A DNA stretch of 64,000 bases from assembly GCA_964597925.1 (NCBI GenBank), contig CAZQZT010000003.1, forward strand, positions 35,199-99,198, written 5' to 3'. Shown piece after piece: positions 20,403-29,447 of the stretch. This DNA comes from an uncultured Candidatus Saccharibacteria bacterium (lineage in GTDB: Bacteria > Patescibacteriota > Saccharimonadia > Saccharimonadales > JBBQAJ01). The translations under genes and the position numbers were made by a program. Numbering within the stretch: the stretch's first letter is position 1; every line of letters starts with the position of its first letter. The notes below the pieces were generated by a model. That model was not told the DNA's origin. It did no database searches and saw only the letters and a program-made list of their open reading frames with translations.

Positions 20403-20906
20403 CTAAACCAAATTAGCAAAAGCGCAATGGTACAGCGCCATAGCTGTGGCTTGAGTAACATTGAAGGATTCTTTTTTTCCCAGCATAGGGATTTCAAGCA
20501 CAGTATCACAAGCTGCCAGGACTTCTGGCTCAATTCCTTCAGTTTCGCGCCCTACAACGAGTGCTACATTTGTTGGTGGTTTCCAGGTAGTTATGTCTAC
20601 GGCAAAACAGTCTTGTTCTAATCCACAAACCGTAAACCCTTCTGACTTTAACTGGTGTATCACAGATAAAACATCGTCCGAGTGTGTCCAACGACCAGTC
20701 GATTCAGCACCAAGTGCAGTTTTTTGAATCTGTTTATGTACTTTTGTAGCAATATGAGGCAGGCGGGTATCATTTTCCCGCAAAGGGTATGGCGTATAGC
20801 CCGTAAGGTACACAGTGCACACACCTAATCCGTCTGCGGTACGTAGCAAGGAGCCTACATTGTGGCAACTGCGTAAATTGTGAGCGATCAATGCAATGTT
20901 TCTCAT
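20403..20906 (-). CDS. SpoU/TrmH-family RNA 2'-O-methyltransferase (short, TrmL-like)
   Basis: SPOUT knot motifs IALIAHNLRSCHNVGSLLRTADGLG and LVVGRETEGI. 167 aa. Sits 3 nt upstream of the CAP gene on the same strand. Confidence 0.8.
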   Translation of the reverse strand: MRNIALIAHNLRSCHNVGSLLRTADGLGVCTVYLTGYTPYPLRENDTRLPHIATKVHKQIQKTALGAESTGRWTHSDDVLSVIHQLKSEGFTVCGLEQDCFAVDITTWKPPTNVALVVGRETEGIEPEVLAACDTVLEIPMLGKKESFNVTQATAMALYHCAFANLV

Positions 20907-20989
20907 AGTCTCAGTTTATAAATATCCCGCCTTTTGTAAAGTCACACTAGCGAATTAAGTCCCAGACAAATAAATTTTATGAACTGGCG

Positions 20990-22612
20990 GTGCTTATGGT
21001 TATAATAGGCTCTATGAGCCAAGATGCTAGACGGGATGAAGAAGCCAATACCCTACGACGTGCCCAGATATTAAATCTGCAATATTCTGATACTTCAGAT
21101 AGTCAAAAGCAACTGTACAAAGAACTGATGAATGTGCAGGATATGTATAACTTGCGGTTTGTTCCTTTGCTGGCAGATGATCATAGCGTCACTTTTGGCG
21201 TTACAAACACCACTTCTCAGCAAACAATGACTCAGCTGAGACAGCAGTATATAGACCAGCGCATTACATTTATGCTCATTTCAGATGCTGGTTACCGCGA
21301 ATATATGCAGCTTTATGATCCACCTAAATCTGTTCAATATCACGATATTAGCCTGTCACAAGCTGGTTCAGAAGGCTTGGTAGGTCAAGTGTCAGCTATG
21401 CTAGAACAGGTTCGTGCCGATGATATGCTGGCTTATTTGGTGCAACAAGCTCATAAGCTCAATGCGTCTGACGTACATTTAGAAACACAAAAAGATCATG
21501 CCCGCATAAGATTTCGGGTAGACGGAGTTCTGCATGCGGTGGCAAGGCTGAGTCTTGAAAAATATCGTATTTTGATTGCAGCTATTGCGAGTGCAGGAAA
21601 CGTATCTACGGCTTCGGCCGACGCGCAACAGGGACACATTGCCCAAAAAGTTAAAATGGCCGATGGAGCCGAAGTCGACGTGAATGTTCGTCTAGAAACA
21701 GTGCCCACGATTAACGGTATAGACGTTGTTATGCGCTTGTTTAATATGGACCAGGCTATGTACAATCTCGATCGCTTAGGTTTATCAGACGCTGAGCGTC
21801 GGGTCGTAGATGAGATTATTGCTAAACCCACGGGTTTAGTGCTGGCAGTGGGACCTACTGGTTCGGGCAAAACCACCACACTTTACTCCATGCTAAACAG
21901 CCTAAATGTAGAAGAGCGCAAAATAATCACCATAGAGGATCCGGTTGAGTATCAGTTTGCTGGGATAACTCAGATTTCTGTTACGTCTCAGAATTCTCAA
22001 GAAACAAACTTTGCAGAAAAACTTCGTGCGGTATTGCGCCTGGATCCAGACATAGTGATGGTAGGTGAGATTCGCGACGACGATACAGCAAAAACCGCCT
22101 TACAAGCTGCCTTGACGGGCCATTTGGTGCTTTCTACATTTCACGCTAGTTCTGCAGCTGCAGCACTTACTAGGTTGATGGAAGTTATAGGGCAAAATCC
22201 ACTGTTTGTATCTGCCATACGTCTGGTTATGGCCCAGCGTTTGGTTAGACGCCTAGATGATGAATCTAAGCAAGCCTACCAGCCTGATGCTGCGTCCCTG
22301 GCCAAAATCACTGAGGTCTTTGCGAGCTTACCAGAAGGAATAGAAAAACCATCACTTGAAGGCTTACAGCTTTATAAGCCTGGTGCCTCAGAGGATAATC
22401 CGTATGGCTACAAAGGCCAGCTTGCTCTACGTGAACAGTTTATGATGAAGGGTAAAATGGTGGAACTTCTCGCCGCAGGGCGTGGCCCCTCCACCCAAGA
22501 TATCGAAGCTGCGGCTATTGCTAGCGGTATGTGCACCATGCTCCAAGACGGCATGCTGAAGGTTGTGGCCGGTGAAACCACCCTAGATGAAATCTACCGC
22601 GTCATCGGCTAG
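20990..22612 (+). CDS. pilB: Type II/IV secretion ATPase, GspE/PilB family
   Basis: N-terminal T2SSE_N domain, Walker A GPTGSGKTTT, Asp box, Walker B and His box. The real start may be at Met 21014. Confidence 0.85.
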   Translation: MLMVIIGSMSQDARRDEEANTLRRAQILNLQYSDTSDSQKQLYKELMNVQDMYNLRFVPLLADDHSVTFGVTNTTSQQTMTQLRQQYIDQRITFMLISDAGYREYMQLYDPPKSVQYHDISLSQAGSEGLVGQVSAMLEQVRADDMLAYLVQQAHKLNASDVHLETQKDHARIRFRVDGVLHAVARLSLEKYRILIAAIASAGNVSTASADAQQGHIAQKVKMADGAEVDVNVRLETVPTINGIDVVMRLFNMDQAMYNLDRLGLSDAERRVVDEIIAKPTGLVLAVGPTGSGKTTTLYSMLNSLNVEERKIITIEDPVEYQFAGITQISVTSQNSQETNFAEKLRAVLRLDPDIVMVGEIRDDDTAKTALQAALTGHLVLSTFHASSAAAALTRLMEVIGQNPLFVSAIRLVMAQRLVRRLDDESKQAYQPDAASLAKITEVFASLPEGIEKPSLEGLQLYKPGASEDNPYGYKGQLALREQFMMKGKMVELLAAGRGPSTQDIEAAAIASGMCTMLQDGMLKVVAGETTLDEIYRVIG

Positions 22613-22624
22613 AGAGATAGCTCC

Positions 22625-23776
22625 CTACCTTATAACTTTTGCAATACTAGGGACAAGGCGCTCATCTAAAACAGTTGGGATTATGTTTTCTGCTGTCGGT
22701 GAGCGAACTAAGCCAGCAATTACTTCAGCTGCTGCAATTTTATGCTGATCGGTAATTTTGTTTACATGGTTATCTAACGCGCCACGAAAAATTCCAGGGA
22801 ATGCCAGTGCATTGTTTACTTGATTTGGAAAATCGCTACGGCCAGTTGCTATCACTGCCGCCCCCGCAAGTTTTGCCTCAATAGGCATGATCTCTGGAAC
22901 CGGATTAGCCATGGCAAAAATAATCGGATTTTGTGCCATTGATCTAATCATTTCACGAGTTAGCAGGCCTGCCTTCGAAACGCCAATAAAAATATCTGCT
23001 CCATCCAGTGCGTCATCGAGTGTTCCAGTAACTCCTTGTGAATTTGTAAAACTTAGTAGTCCTCGTTTCTCTAATGTTAACCCCTCACGGTCGGGGCTTA
23101 TAATTCCTTGACTATCGACTGCTAAAATAATTGGTCTGGCATAGAGGTGTAACAATTTCATGACGGCAGTTCCGGCAGCTCCGGAGCCAACAACCACAAT
23201 TTTGCAGTCATGTAAATTTTTACCAACCACTTTCATGGAGTTAATTAACCCGGCGAGCACAACAACGGCGGTACCGTGTTGGTCGTCGTGCATGATTGGT
23301 ATATCTAGGGCTGCTTTTAGTTCGCTTTCAATAGAAAAACATTGCGGCGAAGCAATGTCTTCGAGATTTATCCCACCAAAACTTGGTGCAATTGCTTTGA
23401 CTGCGGCAACGATCCCGTCAACGCTGTGTACGTCTAAAACAATAGGTACTGCGTCTATCCCTGCGAAGTGTTTGAATAGCATTGCTTTGCCTTCCATGAC
23501 GGGTAGTGCTCCATAAGGTCCAATATCACCAAGACCTAAAACAGCCGATCCATCGGAAATTACAGCCACGGAATTATTCAGCCAGGTATAGTCACGCGTC
23601 TCTTCTGGGTGCGCTGCAACGTAGCTGCTAACCGCAGCCACACCAGGCGTATAGTAGGTGCTTAGCTTATCTTTTGTATCAGGGGTATCCTTGAGAGTAA
23701 TCTCAATTTTACCTTTGAGTTCTTTGTGCTTTTTTAGCGCTTCTTCTGCAAAATCCATCTTTATATGATACGTCAT
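22625..23776 (-). CDS. maeA: NAD(P)-dependent malic enzyme (short form)
   Basis: YTPGVAAVS and the malic-enzyme NAD-binding domain. 383 aa. Confidence 0.9.
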   Translation of the reverse strand: MTYHIKMDFAEEALKKHKELKGKIEITLKDTPDTKDKLSTYYTPGVAAVSSYVAAHPEETRDYTWLNNSVAVISDGSAVLGLGDIGPYGALPVMEGKAMLFKHFAGIDAVPIVLDVHSVDGIVAAVKAIAPSFGGINLEDIASPQCFSIESELKAALDIPIMHDDQHGTAVVVLAGLINSMKVVGKNLHDCKIVVVGSGAAGTAVMKLLHLYARPIILAVDSQGIISPDREGLTLEKRGLLSFTNSQGVTGTLDDALDGADIFIGVSKAGLLTREMIRSMAQNPIIFAMANPVPEIMPIEAKLAGAAVIATGRSDFPNQVNNALAFPGIFRGALDNHVNKITDQHKIAAAEVIAGLVRSPTAENIIPTVLDERLVPSIAKVIR

Positions 23777-23835
23777 AGCGCTACAGGCTTAAAGTGTTGC
23801 ATAAATTAACAGATTGATATAAGATATTTTGGTCT

Positions 23836-24384
23836 ATGGAATCAGTAATTCAGAAAATTGAAGCAAAGTATAAAAAAGCGCAAGTTGTTGACGTGCGTTC
23901 GGGTGATACCGTGAAGGTGCACCAGAAAATCCGCGAAGGAAGTAAAGAGCGTATTCAGATTTTTCAGGGGTTGGTGATTCGTACAGACCGTAAAGGCAGC
24001 CATACCAGCCGGATTACTGTGCGACGTATTGCCAGTGGTGTTGGCGTTGAGAAATCATTTATGCTACATAGCCCACTGGTGGTTAAGGTCGAGGTTACCA
24101 AGCGTAGCAAAGTTCGCCGGAATTACCTTACCTACATGAGACAACGCACAGGCAAATCAGCACGATTAACCGGCATGAATTTTGACAAAGAGGCTGTAAA
24201 CACTGTGCACGATGAAACAGCCGAAGTCGTAGAGAAGCTGACCAAAGAAGAAGCAGGCAAACAGCACGACGCAGAATCCGCTGAAAAGGCAGCAGAAGCA
24301 GCCAAAGAAGAAGCAAAGGCTGCAGAAGCGCTAAAAGCTCATGAAGCTGTGGCCGAAGAAATAAAAACTGACGAAAAAGCATAA
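23836..24384 (+). CDS. rplS: 50S ribosomal protein L19 with an ~65-aa Glu/Lys/Ala-rich C-terminal extension
   Basis: L19 core ...DVRSGDTVKVHQKIREGSKERIQIFQGLVI...; the C-terminal ~65 aa are EKA-rich low complexity. Confidence 0.9.
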   Translation: MESVIQKIEAKYKKAQVVDVRSGDTVKVHQKIREGSKERIQIFQGLVIRTDRKGSHTSRITVRRIASGVGVEKSFMLHSPLVVKVEVTKRSKVRRNYLTYMRQRTGKSARLTGMNFDKEAVNTVHDETAEVVEKLTKEEAGKQHDAESAEKAAEAAKEEAKAAEALKAHEAVAEEIKTDEKA

Positions 24385-24405
24385 ATAATACGACGAATAG
24401 AACAC

Positions 24406-24431
24406 AACCGCTTAGTCTAGGCGGTTTTTTT
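24406..24431 (+). terminator. Rho-independent terminator after rplS
   Basis: AACCGC...GCGGTT stem followed by TTTTTTT. Confidence 0.6.
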
Positions 24432-24445
24432 GTTATCATAGTGCC

Positions 24446-25018
24446 ATGAGCAATATTGTTGGCATCGATGAGGTGGGCAGAGGTTGTTGGGCGGGTCCCT
24501 TGTTAGTAGTGGCGGCACGAGCTAAGGCTACACTTCCAGAAGGCTTAGCTGATTCAAAAGCTCTGACTAAGAAACAGCGTGAATCTTTGCTAGAACCAAT
24601 TATAGAAAGTTGTGAGCTAGGTGAAGGTTGGGTCCAGCCAGAAGAAATAGATAACTTCGGCCTGGCGCAAGCCATGAGAATAGGTGTGACTAGAGCGCTG
24701 ATGGATTTGGGGGCTAGTCCGGAAGCTGAAATCATATTGGACGGTCTAGTAAATTATTGTTCCCCTGAATTCGTAAACGTTACTACACTCGTAAAAGCCG
24801 ATACTCTTCACTCCACGGTAAGTGCGGCAAGTATTTATGCCAAAGTTACGCGAGACGCCCATATGACACGCGCTGCCAAGTTCCATCCGTATTATGGTTT
24901 CGAAAAGCATGTTGGATACGGGACTGAACTACACCGAGCGGCGCTTAGAATTCACGGTGTAAGCAAACTCCATCGTAAGAGCTTTAAGCCAGTGCAACAG
25001 TTTTTATTACCGGCCTAG
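24446..25018 (+). CDS. rnhB: Ribonuclease HII
   Basis: N-terminal GIDEVGRGCWAGPLVVAA catalytic motif. Confidence 0.9.
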   Translation: MSNIVGIDEVGRGCWAGPLLVVAARAKATLPEGLADSKALTKKQRESLLEPIIESCELGEGWVQPEEIDNFGLAQAMRIGVTRALMDLGASPEAEIILDGLVNYCSPEFVNVTTLVKADTLHSTVSAASIYAKVTRDAHMTRAAKFHPYYGFEKHVGYGTELHRAALRIHGVSKLHRKSFKPVQQFLLPA

Positions 25019-25182
25019 GGCATGACAAATAATCAGACTGGTCATGATGCCGAAATGTGGGTAAGTAATCATAGCTGGCAAGACGACTATCAGCTTTCCG
25101 CAATAGAACTTGCTGGTCCAGCTTTTATGGGTTACAAACTTTCTAGTTGACCTTTAAAGGATTATGGATTTTTTAGCAATTG

Positions 25183-27759
25183 TTATTTGCTGGATGGAGA
25201 ATTCAAAAATGCTTTTACTTTTGCTTCGTCACGATTGCGCCAGTCAACTCTAGCTTTGATTTCGGCCTGAGCAATTTTAATATTTCTCTTTAATGCGACT
25301 ATATCTGATTTTGGTTCAAAAAACGTTTCGAATTTAGTTTGCCATTCTTTGGTATTTAGCGGGCCGGCCGCATATACTACAAAATAATCCAGTGATTTGC
25401 TTTCACTAAATTCGGCGTATAATCTGTCCCAGTTGTCTGCAAGCCATTGCCAGGCGTTTGCGCGAGTGTGGCGGTTGCGCATGAGGTAGGCAAACCAGCG
25501 AAAAATATCTTGAGAGCGCACAAAACCAGCTTTTTGGTCTCCGAGTGCTTCTGAGATTAGTTGTTTACTGAGTGCTTTGTCCTTTATAGATGACAAGCCA
25601 CTGGAAATTGCCATTTGAATTTCTGGGTTGGTGGTGTCCTTGTACGCGTGTATCAAATTCTTCATGTATTTTCTGGGTTCGGATTTTATAAGTGTACCCA
25701 GGATCATGCCTCGGTGTTCGGCGTTTATAGTGTCTATGGAAGTCGCCGTTTCAAAACGCTTGATTGCTTCATTTGTAGTTGTGTCATCCTCACCGGCTAA
25801 CATCCACCCAAGCAGGGTGAGGCGAAGTAGGCGGGTATTTGGGTCATCTTTTTTCTGATCATCCCAGTTTAGTTCAGCATGTTGGGGTTTGGCTACCTTG
25901 CATCTGAATGCGTTTAGATGTGTGTGGGCTGTTTCGTCGTTTTCTATCAACCCATATGCCGTGCCAACCGCACGGCCCATCAGTGCCCATACGGCGTCGC
26001 GCGGTTCGGTGCTTGATTTTGCTACAACTTCTAGCACTTCGTCCGTTGATATGTCGCCACGCCTCGCAAGTAGCAGAAGGTCGTTTAGATAGTTTATCCT
26101 GCCTTCGCTTGCCATGGTTCGTTTTGCAAATGCATCATCAACGCTATCTTTCAGTTCGCCACTGCCGTAGTTGACTATGTAGTGTCCACTGCCGCGTTGG
26201 TTGAGAATGAGTGGTTTTGGATATTCGCTGATCACTACACTTGGCTGATCAAACATAGTTGGTAATACTTTGTCAGCTAGTAACGGGATAGGCCAGCGCG
26301 TCTTGTCATTGGGCTTGTCCAGTACAAACCGTTGCTGGATAGCGATGACTTTGTTTTTTTCTGCCCGTAGGCTAACAACTGGCATGCCGGACTGTTCTAG
26401 CCATGGGTCCATGAATGCATGTATGTTTTGGCCGCTGGCTTTGCTGAGTGCTTTCCATAAGTCATCACGGGTTGTGTTTTTGTAGGCGTTAGCGTCGAAG
26501 TATGTTTTCAAACCTTTTCTGAATGCTTTGTCGCCTATGTATTCTCTGAGCATTTTTAATAATCGTCCACCCTTGGCATACACAATAGCCGGATCAAACA
26601 AGGTGCCTATTTCATCCGGATGCTTCACGTCAACTCGTACCGGCTGGACGTCTTTGAAAATATCTCGGTTTGAACAGCTAATCACATCACTTGAAGCAAA
26701 CGTCTCCCATTGGTTCCAGTCTGGGTGAAGGCTGTCGAGAGCAATGTGCTCCATTAGGCTTGCAAAGCTTTCGTTTAGCCACAAGTCGTCCCACCATTTC
26801 ATGGTTACAAGGTTGCCGAACCATTGATGTGATACTTCATGTGCTACTACCATGGCTACATATTGTTCGCTTGTCAGCGAGCGGTTTTTTGCGTCAGTTA
26901 GCAGGGCGATTTCGCGGTAGGTAACAAGCCCCCAGTTTTCCATGGCGCCACTTTCAAAATCCGGTAAGGCAATCTGGTCCAGTTTTTTGAGTGGGAAAGA
27001 TGTCTGAAAGTAGTCAGCGAAAAATTCAAGAACACGCTCGGCTTCTTTGTTTGCAAATTCTAGAGATGACTTAGGTTGAGCAACTGTGCCCCACGTATTT
27101 ACTACGATACCGTCTGAAGTTTTCGTAGATACACCGTGTATGTCACCAGCTACAAATGCCAGTAAGTAGGTACTCATGATGGGCGTAGTTTCAAATGTCG
27201 TTGTTTTTCTATTTCCTTTAGTGTATTGACTTAAGACAGGGGTGTTTGCTAGTACTTGGTCGCCGAGTGTGTGGGTGAGCGTGAGGTCAAAGGTTGCTTT
27301 TGCTTCAGGCTCATCTATGCACGGAAAAACTTCTCTGGCATGGTGGCTTTCGAATTGCGTAGCTAGTAGTTTTTTTTCTTTTCCCTTGTGTGTGAAATAA
27401 CAAGGATATAATCCATGCATTTGAGGGGTTATTTTACCTGCAAATTCAAGCTTTATAATGTACCGCCCCGGATATAGCATTTGTTTGGCGTGCAAACGTA
27501 CTTCATGGAAGCTGTTGTGGTTGTTAATGCGTTCAATCTCGATAACTTGAGTTGATTTTTTACCGTGGTAAGTTAGTTCTGCTTTAGTTATTTTGAGGCC
27601 GTTTTGATGTAGGGTGAGTCGCTGGCTAGGGCGGCCGGATTTATGCCCGTCAACCAATACCGCGCCATGAAAAGTAAGCGCCTGTTCGTCTAGGTTGAGC
27701 TCCAGGTCATATTTGGTGGGTTGAAACTGTGCAAACAGCCGTTTTACGTTCTTTGTCAT
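25183..27759 (-). CDS. pepN: Aminopeptidase N (M1 family zinc metallopeptidase)
   Basis: GAMEN-like motif GAMENWG, HEVSHQWFGN...E zinc motif (HExxH-x18-E) and a C-terminal ERAP-like domain. Confidence 0.9.
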   Translation of the reverse strand: MTKNVKRLFAQFQPTKYDLELNLDEQALTFHGAVLVDGHKSGRPSQRLTLHQNGLKITKAELTYHGKKSTQVIEIERINNHNSFHEVRLHAKQMLYPGRYIIKLEFAGKITPQMHGLYPCYFTHKGKEKKLLATQFESHHAREVFPCIDEPEAKATFDLTLTHTLGDQVLANTPVLSQYTKGNRKTTTFETTPIMSTYLLAFVAGDIHGVSTKTSDGIVVNTWGTVAQPKSSLEFANKEAERVLEFFADYFQTSFPLKKLDQIALPDFESGAMENWGLVTYREIALLTDAKNRSLTSEQYVAMVVAHEVSHQWFGNLVTMKWWDDLWLNESFASLMEHIALDSLHPDWNQWETFASSDVISCSNRDIFKDVQPVRVDVKHPDEIGTLFDPAIVYAKGGRLLKMLREYIGDKAFRKGLKTYFDANAYKNTTRDDLWKALSKASGQNIHAFMDPWLEQSGMPVVSLRAEKNKVIAIQQRFVLDKPNDKTRWPIPLLADKVLPTMFDQPSVVISEYPKPLILNQRGSGHYIVNYGSGELKDSVDDAFAKRTMASEGRINYLNDLLLLARRGDISTDEVLEVVAKSSTEPRDAVWALMGRAVGTAYGLIENDETAHTHLNAFRCKVAKPQHAELNWDDQKKDDPNTRLLRLTLLGWMLAGEDDTTTNEAIKRFETATSIDTINAEHRGMILGTLIKSEPRKYMKNLIHAYKDTTNPEIQMAISSGLSSIKDKALSKQLISEALGDQKAGFVRSQDIFRWFAYLMRNRHTRANAWQWLADNWDRLYAEFSESKSLDYFVVYAAGPLNTKEWQTKFETFFEPKSDIVALKRNIKIAQAEIKARVDWRNRDEAKVKAFLNSPSSK

Positions 27760-28020
27760 TGTTTATATGGTACCAGACCTGAAGTTCTAGGCATGCCGTC
27801 TGTTATACAACATGATTAGCTCGAGGCCTGACGAAAGACAGCGGAAGTAGAATGATTAGATACCATTATGCGCACTTTTTCACCGCGACATCCGTCTTGC
27901 TGAATTTGTTGATCCTATACAAACCGCACTCGGCAACTTGATAAATAAATCCAAATGGCGTATATTATAGGTTGTTCAGGTCGGCCAGCAGGTCGGCTTT
28001 TTTCATACAAAGGAGAAGGA

Positions 28021-29205
28021 ATGGATTTAGATATAAAAAGCTTGGCACTGGCCGTAAAAACCATAGCCGAAGAAAAGAATTTACCAGAAGACGTAGTGCA
28101 AGAAATTGTAGAACAGGCTCTAGCTGCTGCTTATCGTCGTGATTATGGCGAGCGAGAGCAAGAGGTTCGTGTTAGCATGAATCTAAACAACGGAGAAGTG
28201 GACGCTTACATCAGTAAAGAAGTCGTAGAGAAAGTAGGTGATGAAAGTTTTGAGATAAGCCTCAAAGACGCACAGCTAATGAAGAAAAATGCCAAGGCTG
28301 GAGATACTATTGAGATTTTTCAAAAAGTAGAATCTTTTGGTCGCGTTGCGGCGCAGACTGCCAAGCAAGTTATTTTGCAGCGTCTTCGCGAAGCAGAACG
28401 TGAAATAATCATGACTGAATACGAAGATAAAATCGGCACAGTTGTAAACGGTATAGTTGCTCGTGTAGAAGGTAACATCGTCAGAGTAGATTTGGGTAAA
28501 GCACAAGGCATTATGCCTCGTAGCGAACAGATTCAGGGCGAACACTATCACGCCGGGCAACGCCTAAAGGTGTTTCTAAAAGATGTAGAGCGTGGTTTCC
28601 GCGGTCCGCAGCTTGTTGTGTCTCGTGGCAACAATCAGTTCATTGAGTGGCTATTCCGTGGTGAAGTACCAGAAATGGAAAACGGAGCAGTGGAGATTAA
28701 GAATATTGCCAGAGAAGCAGGTGTGCGCAGTAAGATTGCCGTAGCTAGCAGTGTGCCCGGAGTAGACCCGGTCGGTACTTTTGTAGGCGGTCATGGTACT
28801 CGCGTGAATGCTGTTATGAGCGAAGTTGGCGAACAAGAAAAGATTGACATAGTGGTGTTTAATGAAGACCCAGCTACATATATAACAAACGCCTTAAGCC
28901 CCACAAAAGTTACCAAGGTAGTATTAGATGAGGCCACCAAGAAAGGCAAAGTAATCGTGCCAGAGGACCAGCTGAGCATAGCAATAGGAAAAAGCGGTCA
29001 AAACGTTCGTTTGGCTAGTAAGTTAACGGGTTATGAACTAGACATAAACGCTGAACAGGAAATTGCAGACGAACCTGCGCCAATCATAGAAACATCCAAG
29101 CCAGTTGTGCATAAGCTCAAGAAAAAAGAAGCCCTTGAAAGCGCCCTGCTAGAAGCCATAGAAGAACACGGTACTGAAGATACAGAAGAAAAAGCAACTC
29201 AATAG
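28021..29205 (+). CDS. nusA: Transcription termination/antitermination factor NusA
   Basis: Strong RBS AAAGGAGAAGGA before ATG 28021. N-terminal NusA domain, S1 domain and two KH domains. The ORF-track start at 27955 is probably too far upstream. Confidence 0.9.
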   Translation: MDLDIKSLALAVKTIAEEKNLPEDVVQEIVEQALAAAYRRDYGEREQEVRVSMNLNNGEVDAYISKEVVEKVGDESFEISLKDAQLMKKNAKAGDTIEIFQKVESFGRVAAQTAKQVILQRLREAEREIIMTEYEDKIGTVVNGIVARVEGNIVRVDLGKAQGIMPRSEQIQGEHYHAGQRLKVFLKDVERGFRGPQLVVSRGNNQFIEWLFRGEVPEMENGAVEIKNIAREAGVRSKIAVASSVPGVDPVGTFVGGHGTRVNAVMSEVGEQEKIDIVVFNEDPATYITNALSPTKVTKVVLDEATKKGKVIVPEDQLSIAIGKSGQNVRLASKLTGYELDINAEQEIADEPAPIIETSKPVVHKLKKKEALESALLEAIEEHGTEDTEEKATQ

Positions 29206-29359
29206 CAGAGCAACCTTCGAGTAGTGTTGTTCCAGTAGCTATCGGGGCAATTGCGATTGGTCTTTGAGCTAGCATTGTAAAGTGAGGACTTCAAGCTGGG
29301 CGGAGTGTACACTCTCATCGTTTTGTGCCAGAAAGACAACTCCTTTACAACGCCGTAAA

Positions 29360-29386
29360 TTAGCACTCTTGACCTATGAGTGCTAA
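29360..29386 (+). promoter_or_regulatory. CIRCE (HrcA operator) TTAGCACTC-N9-GAGTGCTAA overlapping the -35 of the clpC promoter. -35 TTGACC is at 29369-29374 and -10 TATAAT at 29391-29396.
   Basis: Perfect match to the canonical CIRCE consensus. The spacer contains TTGACC, with a 16-nt gap to TATAAT. Confidence 0.75.
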
Positions 29387-29447
29387 TTGCTATAATAATT
29401 ACTAGCGAAGCTTTTAGAATAGTCGCTACAAGGATGCGTATAAACAT

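Noticed and set aside
25021-25149. 42-aa ORF after rnhB
   Set aside because: Too short, no RBS, and not resembling YraN/UPF0102, which often follows rnhB.
27955-28020. Upstream extension of nusA (ORF-track start at 27955)
   Set aside because: A strong RBS sits directly in front of the internal ATG at 28021, and the N-terminal NusA domain begins there. The extension has no support.
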